Under the pieces are notes generated by a model, which ran no database searches, had not been told where the DNA came from, and saw only the letters and a list, made by a program, of their open reading frames with translations. From positions 72,507 through 136,506 of IMG/VR virus record IMGVR_UViG_3300021519_000916: a stretch of DNA of 64,000 nucleotides. One strand, 5' to 3'. A program made the translations under genes and the position numbers. Shown piece by piece: positions 8,686 through 18,512 of this stretch; within the stretch, counting starts at the first letter, position 1; every line of letters begins with the position of its first letter. Source of the stretch: a virus.

Positions 8686-8951
8686 TGGGCGCAGGATATC
8701 ACGGCAAAGTTCTATTGGCAAATGACCGATGGAATGACGAAGCATTCCATAGTCGTGCGTATTGGCGATTACGTTTTATGTGGCTTCCAAAACGTAGTGC
8801 TATAACTGGTCGTCGGCTATGGTTGCGTTTTGTATACGAAGGTACTGCAATGTGGGCAGGGCCCGGCGATCCTGTTTTTGAGTTTAGATACCACGAGCCC
8901 ACCGAACATATTATTTGGCAACTAAAAGGAAATTACAATGGGAATATTTGA
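8682..8951 (+). CDS. Hypothetical phage protein
   Basis: Coupled ORF. Confidence 0.6.
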   Translation: MMGAGYHGKVLLANDRWNDEAFHSRAYWRLRFMWLPKRSAITGRRLWLRFVYEGTAMWAGPGDPVFEFRYHEPTEHIIWQLKGNYNGNI

Positions 8952-9327
8952 TCGATTTAAAAAGAAGCCAGCTATAGTCAAGATAACAGAAACACCAAAG
9001 GCTAAAAAGTCTGCAAAAACAGACAAAGAAATTGCCACAGAAAAAGGATTGCCTTGGGTTGCTGTACTAAGTGTAGATCTTGATCCTGAAAATATTGGCA
9101 ATGGCGCATTTGAGCTAGATTGGAACGATAAGTTTATCACTAACTTAGTACGTGCTGGTTACGAAGGTAAATCAGATACCGACATGGTTGATCGTTGGTT
9201 TGCAGAAGTTTGCCGTAATGTAATTGCAGAAAATTACGAACAATGGGAAGCCAATCAACCAATGGATGCTAGACCAAGAATTATTGACCGCAAAGATATT
9301 GGCGGCGGAAAAACGGAGGTAAGTTAA
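8938..9327 (+). CDS. Hypothetical phage protein
   Basis: SD AAGGA; GAFELDWND motif. Confidence 0.75.
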   Translation: MGIFDRFKKKPAIVKITETPKAKKSAKTDKEIATEKGLPWVAVLSVDLDPENIGNGAFELDWNDKFITNLVRAGYEGKSDTDMVDRWFAEVCRNVIAENYEQWEANQPMDARPRIIDRKDIGGGKTEVS

Positions 9328-9515
9328 TGACTAATAAACCAGATACAACAACAGACGAAGCTCTTGCAACATTTTTAGCCAACGGCGGGGTTATTCAACA
9401 AATTGAACGCAATGTTAGCGGACATGTTGAAGGACAAACATATTGGGGTATGCCAAAGAAAGCTGGTAGACCGCCAGCTGGTAATATCAATGATAAGGCT
9501 CCCAAGGAAGAGTAA
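9327..9515 (+). CDS. Small hypothetical phage protein
   Basis: SD GGAGG, TAATG coupling, FLANGG.IQ motif. Confidence 0.7.
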   Translation: MTNKPDTTTDEALATFLANGGVIQQIERNVSGHVEGQTYWGMPKKAGRPPAGNINDKAPKEE

Positions 9516-9518
9516 GTA

Positions 9519-10250
9519 ATGATACTCTATGTAAATGGCGATAGCCATAGTGCCGGTGCAGAGGCTGTGAATAATTATGCATTTGCTGAAGATGATCCGT
9601 TGTATTGGCGCTTGGGAAGACGGCCACATCCAGACAACGAACGAGTTAGTTACGGATGTGAACTAGCAAATATGCTTGGGTATGTATTCGTATGCGATGC
9701 AGAAAGCGCCAGCAGTAATACACGAATACTACGGACAACCAAAGAGTATCTTAAAACAAATAAGCCCGACTTGCTGGTAATAGGATGGTCTACTTGGGAA
9801 CGAGAGGAGTGGCCACTAGACGATGTGTATTATCAAGTTACAGCAAGTGGTACTGATAGTGTACCGTTGGTATTTGCCGAACGGTATCGTGATTGGGTTA
9901 TAGAACAAAACGAATGGTCTAGAGAAAATAAAATGTTAGACTGGCATAAAATCATTTATGAGCTACATTTAGAATTATCTTCAGCAAATATTAAGCATAT
10001 ATTTTTTAATACCTATTCTAACTTTTCAGCAATTAAAGATACCAGATTAAAGACAGAAAATTTAACTGCCGCTAATGCACAATGCCTTGATTGGAACAAC
10101 TCGTATATCGGTCCATACGAACAAGAGTTGACATACTACAACTGGTTAAAGAAGTCTGGGTTTGTAACAGCATCACCAACAAGCTATCATTTTAAAGACG
10201 ATGCTCATAGAGCATGGGCAAACTTATTATATGAATCACTGGGCTCATAA
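9519..10250 (+). CDS. SGNH/GDSL-hydrolase-like protein
   Basis: VNGDSH block I, SASSN, IGWS, YHF..DAH. Confidence 0.65.
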   Translation: MILYVNGDSHSAGAEAVNNYAFAEDDPLYWRLGRRPHPDNERVSYGCELANMLGYVFVCDAESASSNTRILRTTKEYLKTNKPDLLVIGWSTWEREEWPLDDVYYQVTASGTDSVPLVFAERYRDWVIEQNEWSRENKMLDWHKIIYELHLELSSANIKHIFFNTYSNFSAIKDTRLKTENLTAANAQCLDWNNSYIGPYEQELTYYNWLKKSGFVTASPTSYHFKDDAHRAWANLLYESLGS

Positions 10251-10923
10251 GCAACTACCGTTTAGTTGGCAACCAAAAGATATTACGTTGCAATGGTCCG
10301 GGTCCGACCACGCCGATAGTCTATATAACAATTCACAAAAAGATGCGTGGAACAATATTGATATAAGTTATCAATATAATGCACAAGGATATCGCACCAA
10401 AGATTTAATTAGTATGTACGATAAGAAAGTAGACATAGCATTAGGTTGTAGTTTAACTGAGGGTATTGGTTTGCCTATTGGGGGTACATGGCCTAGTCTA
10501 GTAGAAGAAAGTCAAGATTACCCTATGTTAAATCTTGGAATTCAATGCGGAAGTACTGATACTGTTGCACGTATGTTGACTAACTGTATGGGACTATTTG
10601 ATATACAACAGGTATTCATACTATGGCCAGATTTTTCTAGGTTTGAAATTTATCATGAAGACCATGTGGAACCAGTGATTCCATCAACTGCTTCAACCAA
10701 ACATGTTTGGTTTATGGATAAAGAAACTTCCCAAAATAGATTTTATAAAAACCAATTGCTCATACATTCAATGGGTGTTAATGTAGTTGAATTGATTGCT
10801 GAAACGGTTTTTAACCCAAAATCTCGTGGTGCACCAGATAAAGCTCGAGATGGACAACATTATGGATATCAAAGTCAACGAATAGTGTCCTGGGAGTTCA
10901 TTAAAGCATTGACAGCTAAATAA
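10231..10923 (+). CDS. SGNH/GDSL-hydrolase-like protein
   Basis: NAQGYR, LGCSLTEG, NLG, RDGQHYG (DxxH). Confidence 0.65.
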   Translation: MNHWAHKQLPFSWQPKDITLQWSGSDHADSLYNNSQKDAWNNIDISYQYNAQGYRTKDLISMYDKKVDIALGCSLTEGIGLPIGGTWPSLVEESQDYPMLNLGIQCGSTDTVARMLTNCMGLFDIQQVFILWPDFSRFEIYHEDHVEPVIPSTASTKHVWFMDKETSQNRFYKNQLLIHSMGVNVVELIAETVFNPKSRGAPDKARDGQHYGYQSQRIVSWEFIKALTAK

Positions 10924-10937
10924 TAATATGCTACTAT
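10909..10937 (+). promoter_or_regulatory. sigma70-type promoter giving probable leaderless rnh mRNA (embedded CTAAATA)
   Basis: TTGACA-N17-TACTAT with extended TG; ATG 7 nt downstream; no SD. Confidence 0.55.
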
Positions 10938-10944
10938 TACTACT

Positions 10945-11934
10945 ATGAGATACCTACTAGTTGATACCGCAAATACATTTTTTCGAGCAAGACATGCCGC
11001 CCATCGTCAGAGTGACACCTGGGATAAATTAGGTTTTGCTATCCACGTCACACTTGCCAGCGTAGGCAAAGCGTGGCGGGAACAGAAAGCCGACCATGTT
11101 GTATTCTGTTTAGAAGGGCGTAGCTGGCGCAAGGACTTTTACGAGCCCTATAAAAAGAATCGTGCTGTGGCACGTGCGGCACTTACTGAAAAAGAAGCAG
11201 AAGAAGATCAATTGTTTTGGGATTCGTTTGACGAACTTAAAACATTCTTAGTTGACAAGACCAACTGCACCGTACTTCAGCATAACGCATTAGAAGCAGA
11301 TGATTTGATTGCTGGCTGGATACAAGCACACCCAAATGATCATCACACTATTGTTAGTAGTGATAGCGACTTTCATCAACTACTTGCAAACAACGTAAAA
11401 CAATATAATGGAATAGCAGATGAGCTACACACAATTGAAGGTATCTTTGACAAAAAGGGTGCCCCAGTCAAAGATAAAAAAACAAAGGAACCTAAAAAAA
11501 TCCCAGAGCCAGCCTGGATCCTCTTTGAAAAATGTATGCGTGGCGACCCTTCGGACAACGTCTTTTCCGCTTATCCGGGTGTACGTACCAAAGGCAGTAA
11601 AAATAAAATTGGACTGGAAGAAGCGTTTAAAGACAGAGATTCAAAAGGCTTCAGTTGGAACAATCTAATGTTGCAACGCTGGACGGATCACAACGGTCTA
11701 GAACATCGTGTGTTAGATGATTACAATCGCAATGTGCAGTTAGTTGACTTGTCGGCACAGCCAGATCATATTAAAGTAATGATTGCTGAATCTATTGCTA
11801 CAAATAGTGTTGTAAAGAATACTGCACAGATTGGCACTAAGTTTATGAAGTTCTGCGGCAAATACGAATTGAATCGCATTAGCGATAATATTCAAAACTA
11901 TGTAGACTTTTTATCAGCAGGATATCCAGAATGA
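10945..11934 (+). CDS. rnh: T4 RNase H-like 5'-3' exonuclease / flap endonuclease
   Basis: LVD, SWRKDFY..YK.NR, EADD, IVSSDSDF.QL, GDPSDNV. Confidence 0.88.
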   Translation: MRYLLVDTANTFFRARHAAHRQSDTWDKLGFAIHVTLASVGKAWREQKADHVVFCLEGRSWRKDFYEPYKKNRAVARAALTEKEAEEDQLFWDSFDELKTFLVDKTNCTVLQHNALEADDLIAGWIQAHPNDHHTIVSSDSDFHQLLANNVKQYNGIADELHTIEGIFDKKGAPVKDKKTKEPKKIPEPAWILFEKCMRGDPSDNVFSAYPGVRTKGSKNKIGLEEAFKDRDSKGFSWNNLMLQRWTDHNGLEHRVLDDYNRNVQLVDLSAQPDHIKVMIAESIATNSVVKNTAQIGTKFMKFCGKYELNRISDNIQNYVDFLSAGYPE

Positions 11935-12236
11935 GTACATACACACCAGACCGATGGGTAATTGTTGAATTTGATTACCAAGAAGAAAAACTACGCAAGG
12001 TACTTGCAAGTTGGTATGGTGGATATCTTGGCAGCGATAGTTGGAAGCTGAGTTCCGGCATTACTGAAACTATCGAGCACGAAGACCGTTATGAATTTAC
12101 AAACTATTCCGGTAGTCTGTACGTTTGTCGTAAAGGCTCACACGGAATGAGTGTATATACTGCAAGCATATACGAAGGTTGGGTCCGGCAGTTAGAAGGA
12201 TCCGGTGATACTATTACTTTGTTAGAGGGTGTATGA
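11931..12236 (+). CDS. Conserved hypothetical phage protein
   Basis: YTPDRW...WYGGYLGSDSWKLSSGI. Confidence 0.75.
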   Translation: MSTYTPDRWVIVEFDYQEEKLRKVLASWYGGYLGSDSWKLSSGITETIEHEDRYEFTNYSGSLYVCRKGSHGMSVYTASIYEGWVRQLEGSGDTITLLEGV

Positions 12237-12403
12237 AAGACCTAATGATACTTGGCGTGGTGTTTGGTGTTATCTGTGCATGTGTGTATGTATTACCACC
12301 GCATGGTACAATTATATACAATTGTACTTGGTCTGAGATCAGTCCTGATATACCAATTGCAGTTAAAGAAGAATGTCGTAGACTTAGATCGGAAAAGAAA
12401 TGA
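12233..12403 (+). CDS. Small membrane protein (56 aa, not in ORF track)
   Basis: MKDLMILGVVFGVICACVYV...CTWSEISPDIPIAVKEECR; ATGA overlaps at both ends. Confidence 0.65.
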   Translation: MKDLMILGVVFGVICACVYVLPPHGTIIYNCTWSEISPDIPIAVKEECRRLRSEKK

Positions 12404-12654
12404 GCAAAGAAAAACATAAACCTTATCAATGGATTGATGGTGAAACTGCTGATCGTATTACCAGTCTAAATCTCAAAGACTATCGTGCGTATCTTAAAAA
12501 AGAATTAAAAGAATGGAAGAAGAACCCAAAGAGTGATGCTAACCCTAAGGGCAAATGGATGCATCCAGAAGATGTAGGCATCAATATGCAGACCATTGCG
12601 GCTTTGGATTTAATCATTAGCCATTTTGTAGTAACAGAGGACGATATAAAATGA
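12400..12654 (+). CDS. Hypothetical phage protein
   Basis: Coupled ORF. Confidence 0.7.
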   Translation: MSKEKHKPYQWIDGETADRITSLNLKDYRAYLKKELKEWKKNPKSDANPKGKWMHPEDVGINMQTIAALDLIISHFVVTEDDIK

Positions 12655-12893
12655 CATTACCTGACGAGCGATATCGTGCTGTTCTTATGACACAAAAATT
12701 TCTATTAGAGATTTTAACTACGCCGCGTGTTCCTAAAGCCGTTAAAGATAAAGCAAGGTGGTGTTTACGCCATTATCCAAGCGAATGGGATATGCAACGA
12801 GCTGCTGAAGATGCATCAGATGTATTTGCAGTAAAAATGGAACCTGTTTACAGAATGATTAAACAGTACGAGCAGGACAAGGAACAAGAATGA
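12651..12893 (+). CDS. Conserved hypothetical phage protein
   Basis: MTLPDERYRA...LRHYP motif. Confidence 0.75.
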   Translation: MTLPDERYRAVLMTQKFLLEILTTPRVPKAVKDKARWCLRHYPSEWDMQRAAEDASDVFAVKMEPVYRMIKQYEQDKEQE

Positions 12894-13486
12894 AACAAAC
12901 ACTAGACAAATTGTTGTGCGAGAAGTATCCAAAGATGATGGTCAACCGTAACAAGCCCATGCAAGAAACTTGTATGTGTTGGGGCTTTGAATGTGGCGAC
13001 GGTTGGTTCAATATCTTGGATCAGCTTATGGGCAATATACAACATCATATTGACTGGAAGGAGAAACAGCGCAAGTGGGCCATGGAATATAACGAAATGG
13101 CCGCACAGGCTAAAGCAGGTAACTTTGATTTGTTTGAAGAAAACATGAAAGATACTGTTAGTCTTGAGTATAAAGAAAAACGGCTTGGTGAGATTGTTGC
13201 CGGGGACTTTAGACAAGTACCAGAGTCTATTCCACAAGTAACACTGGACCAAGTTAAAGAAAAGTTTGGTACACTGAGATTTTATTACTCGGGTGGGGAT
13301 GAATACATCGACGGACTTGTTAGCATGGCAGAAAGTATGTCGGCTGTTACTTGTGAGGAATGTGGTAATCCTGGTACACAAACAAGTGGTGGTTGGATTA
13401 AAACTATCTGCGAGCCGTGTGTTGAAGAACATGCTAGAGTGCAAGAAGAAACGTTGGAAACTTATCGATCAAAAGGAGTTCTGTAA
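12890..13486 (+). CDS. Conserved hypothetical phage protein, Zn-ribbon C-terminus
   Basis: GDGW, QVKEKFGTLRFY, CEECG...CEPC. Confidence 0.75.
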   Translation: MKQTLDKLLCEKYPKMMVNRNKPMQETCMCWGFECGDGWFNILDQLMGNIQHHIDWKEKQRKWAMEYNEMAAQAKAGNFDLFEENMKDTVSLEYKEKRLGEIVAGDFRQVPESIPQVTLDQVKEKFGTLRFYYSGGDEYIDGLVSMAESMSAVTCEECGNPGTQTSGGWIKTICEPCVEEHARVQEETLETYRSKGVL

Positions 13487-13848
13487 TGTCAACTGTAATA
13501 ATTTTGTTGGCGCTATTTGGCATTAAACATTTTATTTGTGATTTTGTATTACAGTATCCGTATATGCTTGCGGAAAAAGGCACATATGGTGCGGCTGGTG
13601 GAATACATCATGCAGGATTTCATGCACTTGGCACTATGCTAGTTCTATTGATATGTGGCTTGGCCATAGTTGATGTTATTTTCTTATCGCTAGTTGATGG
13701 AGTGGCACATTATCACGTTGATTGGGTTAAGCAACAACTAAACAAGGGATTAACCCCAGCCGACAATAAGTTTTGGATTATATTAGGAGGAGACCAAGCA
13801 ATGCATTATTTAACATACGTCTTTATCATTGGGTTGATTGTAGCATGA
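13486..13848 (+). CDS. DUF3307-like membrane protein
   Basis: HFICDFVLQ, H...H, HYHVDW.K, DQAMH. Confidence 0.75.
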   Translation: MSTVIILLALFGIKHFICDFVLQYPYMLAEKGTYGAAGGIHHAGFHALGTMLVLLICGLAIVDVIFLSLVDGVAHYHVDWVKQQLNKGLTPADNKFWIILGGDQAMHYLTYVFIIGLIVA

Positions 13849-14162
13849 GTTATTCTATTGCCAATGGTGGGACTCAGACTATAACTTTAGGAGGAGCCGG
13901 TGGTGGAGGTGGCGGAGGTGCTGGTGGGTTCTTTACCAATACCCCACAAATGCGTCAACCAACAACATCAATGTCTCTAGACCAAGACGGCATTAATCTT
14001 AAAATAGTCAAGGCCAGTGGCGGTTGGGTTGTACAGGTGTATCAGCTAAATGATAGTGTCTCCGGAGAATATAAAAAACCAGAGTTACACATTATACCCG
14101 ATGATGTAGATTTTGATAAAGAGTTAGGTAAGATTATAATGATGAGCTGTTTGAAAGGATAA
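13845..14162 (+). CDS. Hypothetical protein with N-terminal Gly run
   Basis: ATGA coupling at 13845. Confidence 0.65.
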   Translation: MSYSIANGGTQTITLGGAGGGGGGGAGGFFTNTPQMRQPTTSMSLDQDGINLKIVKASGGWVVQVYQLNDSVSGEYKKPELHIIPDDVDFDKELGKIIMMSCLKG

Positions 14163-14163
14163 T

Positions 14164-14646
14164 ATGACAGAGACCATTGCAAGACCAGTAGTAAAAAATA
14201 AGTTTTGGATTGTAGAAGAGGGTGGCGAGAAGATTGCCACTATCCAAGCAATCGGAGAAGGCGGAGGATTTGTTTATGTACATAACAACGAACGTAAAAT
14301 ATATCCATCAATTAAACTCCTGAGTAAAGAGTGTAATGTCGAATTTGCCAAGGTTGAAAAACCCAAGAAGGACAAGGTTGAAGTAAACGAGGTATACGGA
14401 TATCCAACTACCAGCAGTCGAACGCATAACCAAGTGCTTGATGTTCAACGGTATTTGCCTATCTTTACAAAAACACCAAAGTCTAAAAGTTTCTTTTGTG
14501 CAGGACATTATATCATTAAATTTAGTAGCACTTGGGTACGTGCTTTTTGCCCAAAACTTATTACGTTAAATCGATATGAGTACCAAGGTCCGTTTAAAAC
14601 ACAGGAACGTATGCAAGAAGCGATGAAGGAAGCAAATGGCAACTGA
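14164..14646 (+). CDS. Conserved hypothetical phage protein
   Basis: SD AAGGA; FCPKLITL.RY.Y.GPF motif. Confidence 0.75.
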   Translation: MTETIARPVVKNKFWIVEEGGEKIATIQAIGEGGGFVYVHNNERKIYPSIKLLSKECNVEFAKVEKPKKDKVEVNEVYGYPTTSSRTHNQVLDVQRYLPIFTKTPKSKSFFCAGHYIIKFSSTWVRAFCPKLITLNRYEYQGPFKTQERMQEAMKEANGN

Positions 14647-14854
14647 AAATTTGCCATTTCATATTAAACTCTTTAATGATAGGGTAAGGGGCATGAATCA
14701 AAGTAACGGTAAGATTCTAACCTTAAACCAACAAGAAGCTCGTAGTTTACACGCCGAAATCTTTGATTTGATGGCCACAATTGCACATTTAAGCAAAGTG
14801 TCTGATACCTCACCAGTAGTAACTGCAAGCATGGATGGCGGGGCATTTAAGTAA
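14636..14854 (+). CDS. Hypothetical phage protein
   Basis: Coupled ORF ending MDGGAF. Confidence 0.7.
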   Translation: MATENLPFHIKLFNDRVRGMNQSNGKILTLNQQEARSLHAEIFDLMATIAHLSKVSDTSPVVTASMDGGAFK

Positions 14855-14873
14855 ATATGCGTATATAACTTAG

Positions 14874-14880
14874 CTAAATA
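14874..14880 (+). promoter_or_regulatory. T4-like late promoter candidate (CTAAATA)
   Basis: In the intergenic gap before SD AAGGA. Confidence 0.45.
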
Positions 14881-14904
14881 AACAGTATATCAAGGATTAA
14901 TGAA

Positions 14905-15192
14905 ATGAGTCGACCTAAACCAACTGTGTTGTTGGACCACGTAAATAAAACTACCTATAAGAGTGAGCAGGTATTAAACTCTGAAGGTATCTGGGCGGTT
15001 TTCTATGACAAGTCTCCAATCAATTTAAAAACGCATAATATACTTGTGAGCTATCCAGGGCCTAAATATAAAAAAGTAAGTTTCTCTAATCCCGGACATG
15101 CAATTAACTTGGCCAAGAAACTAAACGTATTATTTAAGAGCGACAAGTTTAGCGTTGTGCTCTTACGTGCCGGTGACCAAATCTTCCCCTAA
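14905..15192 (+). CDS. Conserved hypothetical phage protein
   Basis: MSRPKP...GPKYKKVSFSNPGHA. Confidence 0.75.
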   Translation: MSRPKPTVLLDHVNKTTYKSEQVLNSEGIWAVFYDKSPINLKTHNILVSYPGPKYKKVSFSNPGHAINLAKKLNVLFKSDKFSVVLLRAGDQIFP

Positions 15193-15562
15193 GCGGCACA
15201 CTCAACGTCAGCTTACAAAAATATTTTGTATCCAAGCTGAGATACCTATAGCAAAAATTTCAGAAATGCAAAGATCTTGGTGGACTAATCCCACTGACTC
15301 TAATAGCCTACGACTAAGTTTAACTGGATTACAGTTTGTCAAGGCCAATCTTAAATTGCAAGGATACGAATTTCCATTAAATGATGAATTGACTAATTTT
15401 CATATCCTACAACTAGAACGATTATTCCAGGGTATGTATTATCTGCTTCGTAGACAAAAAATAATTCTATTTGAAGAAGAAGAAGCTGTGATGATGGCGT
15501 TGTATGGAAACGATCTAAAAACTTACCTAACACATCTTGAACTAACTCAGCAGTCAAGTTAG
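15173..15562 (+). CDS. Hypothetical phage protein
   Basis: WWTNP...LRLSLTG; probable GTG start. Confidence 0.65.
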   Translation: MTKSSPKRHTQRQLTKIFCIQAEIPIAKISEMQRSWWTNPTDSNSLRLSLTGLQFVKANLKLQGYEFPLNDELTNFHILQLERLFQGMYYLLRRQKIILFEEEEAVMMALYGNDLKTYLTHLELTQQSS

Positions 15563-15602
15563 TACCTACTAACCTTTTGTTGTTTTATCGCAACATCCTT
15601 GG

Positions 15603-15632
15603 TTGACCCAAAAATACACTCCGCGCTATACT
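15603..15632 (+). promoter_or_regulatory. sigma70-type promoter, preceded by TGTTG-N8-CAACA palindrome (15578-15595)
   Basis: TTGACC-N18-TATACT. Confidence 0.55.
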
Positions 15633-15666
15633 AGTAGTTACGTTAATAACTACGATTGGATATTCT

Positions 15667-16203
15667 GTGAATAATAAATGGTTGTCGCTAGTGGCCGTGC
15701 TGATACTAGTATTATTAGTGCGAATGGATTATAAAAACCAAGAACTGTCCGAGCGCATTGATCGTATTGAACACATTATTATTAACACCGGTTATCGTGT
15801 TACATACACTAAACACGATGTTGAATGTTTGGCTAAGAATATATACTACGAAGCTGGTATTGAAAACGACCTTGGCAAATATGCTGTGGCTCAGGTCACT
15901 ATTAATCGTCTCAAGGCTGGGTATTGGGGCAAGACTGTATGCAAGGTTGTATATGCCAAGGCGCAATTCTCATGGACTTTGAAAAAGAAGCTACCAAAAC
16001 CTGATGTAAATTTATATGAAAAATGTCATGATATTGCTGTGGCCGCATTAGAAGGCAAGGGTATTAAAGGCCTGGACCGTAGTTTATTCTACCATGCTGA
16101 TTATATTCCCACCCCAAATTGGGTTGATATTAACCATTATGCTACACAACTGGGAAAGCACATTTTTTATAATCGGGCCCGGGGTAGTAATTTAGAAATT
16201 TAG
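15667..16203 (+). CDS. Cell wall hydrolase, SleB/Hydrolase_2 family, N-terminal membrane anchor
   Basis: CLAKNIYYEA, AVAQVTINR, QFSW, FYHADY, HIFY. Confidence 0.88.
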   Translation: MNNKWLSLVAVLILVLLVRMDYKNQELSERIDRIEHIIINTGYRVTYTKHDVECLAKNIYYEAGIENDLGKYAVAQVTINRLKAGYWGKTVCKVVYAKAQFSWTLKKKLPKPDVNLYEKCHDIAVAALEGKGIKGLDRSLFYHADYIPTPNWVDINHYATQLGKHIFYNRARGSNLEI

Positions 16204-16206
16204 AGG

Positions 16207-16235
16207 TTGACGTAAAAGAAGTGTTGTAGTATATT
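16207..16235 (+). promoter_or_regulatory. sigma70-type promoter for nuclease/methylase cassette
   Basis: TTGACG-N17-TATATT. Confidence 0.5.
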
Positions 16236-16301
16236 ATTAAGTATTGCCGATGGACATGTCATAGGGGCTACGCCGGAGGGAATCACAACTAGGGGAATAT
16301 T

Positions 16302-17504
16302 ATGGCAACAGCCAATTTTATCGCAGTACAACCGCAGTCATATGCGGCACAGCAAAATGCCCAGTATAACCACTCGGGCTCAAAGTTCGTAGATCTTGGC
16401 ACAAGATTTAACGACACAATCTCAAACCTTCCACGCATTAAACAAACCGGCGCTCGAAGCATGATCACAAATGCCTGCAACGAGTTTATAAAAAAGCACA
16501 GCTACCTGACTTGCTTTGAAGATATGGATCTTGCTATTGCTGGCGAGACTTATATGTCAGATATCTTGATTGATATTACCATTCAGCGTATTCTTAATTT
16601 GCCTTGGTGTGCAGAAATTTTAACTAATTTCCGCGAAGTGCAAGCTGATCCAATTAAACTATACGAGGTTGTTGCTGGCGGTGATCTAGCAGATCGGTAT
16701 CCTGTTGGTACTATACTGTTTGCCAGCTGGGACGCTCAACATACCGCTATTGTTTATTGGATCATTGCAGTAATGATCTTTAAGCAAGATCCTAAAAAAG
16801 TCAAGGTACCTAGTATTTTGTACAAAGTTAAAAACCGTGCAGACATCCGCATGAACTTTGTTGGCGGTAACAGCGACAAAGGAAAACTTACACTAGACAA
16901 AATTGATTTGTTCCGTCAAATGGTATTAGGTGTGCGACTTGACGGTAATACTGAACCAAAATGGGTCGAAGCTGAACTTAAACAACAACATCTCGAGGGT
17001 GCTGATTTGTTTGTAACAGCAGAAAAGTTCGGTGATACCCATATGCCTGGGGCAATCAGTCGTATGGCAGAAATTGACAAGTACAGTAGCGATATTATCC
17101 GTAAGTTTGCCCTGTATACTACAACCATTCCTACACCACGTTCAATAGATTCGCAGGAAATTGAAATCATGTGTGCATGGTTTAACCTTGCCAAAGAAGA
17201 TGGTATTGACTATACAGACAACGAAGTAGTTAGTATTGGCAATCATCTACATAGTCTTTTCAATGCCGACTTCCACGAATCTAGTCCGTTTTGGGGCAAA
17301 GTACGTACAGCATACGAGCATTGGCATAAAAAGTACTATGGCGGGTTGCCGTCTACTCATCAACCTAAGCATATGAAAATGAATAAGAATTGGAACACAG
17401 GTGGTACGTTCTTGTGGCACCAACTTAGCAAAACATGGGGCGGTCGTATTCCGCCACTTAATGCTAGTACACCGTTTATGCCTGCAGTAAAGGACTTGTA
17501 CTAA
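16302..17504 (+). CDS. ParB/Srx-fold (DGQHR/DUF262-like) protein
   Basis: IDITIQR...WDAQHT resembles QR...DGQ(H/Q)R NTP-binding motifs. Confidence 0.5.
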   Translation: MATANFIAVQPQSYAAQQNAQYNHSGSKFVDLGTRFNDTISNLPRIKQTGARSMITNACNEFIKKHSYLTCFEDMDLAIAGETYMSDILIDITIQRILNLPWCAEILTNFREVQADPIKLYEVVAGGDLADRYPVGTILFASWDAQHTAIVYWIIAVMIFKQDPKKVKVPSILYKVKNRADIRMNFVGGNSDKGKLTLDKIDLFRQMVLGVRLDGNTEPKWVEAELKQQHLEGADLFVTAEKFGDTHMPGAISRMAEIDKYSSDIIRKFALYTTTIPTPRSIDSQEIEIMCAWFNLAKEDGIDYTDNEVVSIGNHLHSLFNADFHESSPFWGKVRTAYEHWHKKYYGGLPSTHQPKHMKMNKNWNTGGTFLWHQLSKTWGGRIPPLNASTPFMPAVKDLY

Positions 17505-17505
17505 T

Positions 17506-18102
17506 ATGGATATCTTAGAACAAAATTTAAAAGAAATTAGGCCTAAACGTAAGTCTAATGTTAAACGTAACGACAAGTCCTATGCAGATTGTTTAACCAC
17601 AACTACATCAGAGCTCGAGCGCCTACTAGAACTATATCGTACTACAGTTTTTGACGAAGATATGCGAGCGAGGCTACTACGTGATAGCATTGATCACCAT
17701 ATCCGTCGATATCATGGATACGCTATCCAAGGCAAGATTAACTCACACTACCATCAAAGGGGTGTTAGTTTAAAAGCCAAGGATACAATCTTTGAACACG
17801 TTATCCCAGCGGCACAGGTTCGTGATTTATTAATCGAAAACAAACTATCAATAAATCAAGCTCTTAACGTGCCTACATGCCGTGTATCACGCAAAGGTAA
17901 CAGTTTGCTCAATGCCCGTGGTATGCACGATCGTAATACAGATCCTTGGAACTTTTTTAAACGCTACAAAACAGGCATGGCAGAATTAGACAAAGATGGT
18001 AATACAGTATTTCCCGAGTTTGAAGCATACAACGGACAAGGAATACCCAACCTAGATACGTGGACTTTGCGTGATCATTTTAACTTGTTTGCGATAATTT
18101 AG
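17506..18102 (+). CDS. Putative His-Me (HNH/DUF1524-like) nuclease
   Basis: FEHVIP...N..L...RY. Confidence 0.45.
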   Translation: MDILEQNLKEIRPKRKSNVKRNDKSYADCLTTTTSELERLLELYRTTVFDEDMRARLLRDSIDHHIRRYHGYAIQGKINSHYHQRGVSLKAKDTIFEHVIPAAQVRDLLIENKLSINQALNVPTCRVSRKGNSLLNARGMHDRNTDPWNFFKRYKTGMAELDKDGNTVFPEFEAYNGQGIPNLDTWTLRDHFNLFAII

Positions 18103-18110
18103 AGGACAAT

Positions 18111-18512
18111 ATGACAAATTTATGGGCACCCGAATGTGCATTACCGGATTGCAACGAACAAGTGGGATACCACAAAAAATATAATAGGACAGGGCAACAA
18201 GCACCAGGATACAAGTGGAAGATGTTTTGCAATTATCACAGAGGAAAAGGAAAATTTATTGTTGATAAATGGAAACTCGATCAAGGGTGCTCTAACACCG
18301 ATACACATCACAGTTTTATCTGTACCTCGTATATTACCAAATCAGATCAACTTGATGTAAATCACATAGATGGTAATCGTCATAATAGCGATCCAAAAAA
18401 TCTCGAGTTGCTTTGTCGAGTATGCCACCAGCGTGTGACCACAGATAACGGACATCACTTAACTAGATACAGCAATCAAGTCAATCTAGATCCTGCATTG
18501 TTTGAATTTTAA
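18111..18512 (+). CDS. HNH endonuclease
   Basis: LDVNHIDGNRHNSDPKNLELLCRVCH. Confidence 0.85.
   Translation: MTNLWAPECALPDCNEQVGYHKKYNRTGQQAPGYKWKMFCNYHRGKGKFIVDKWKLDQGCSNTDTHHSFICTSYITKSDQLDVNHIDGNRHNSDPKNLELLCRVCHQRVTTDNGHHLTRYSNQVNLDPALFEF

Noticed and set aside
16236-16301. Structured RNA in the leader of the ParB-like gene
   Set aside because: Only a GACATGTC palindrome and weak short stems; not enough support without homologs
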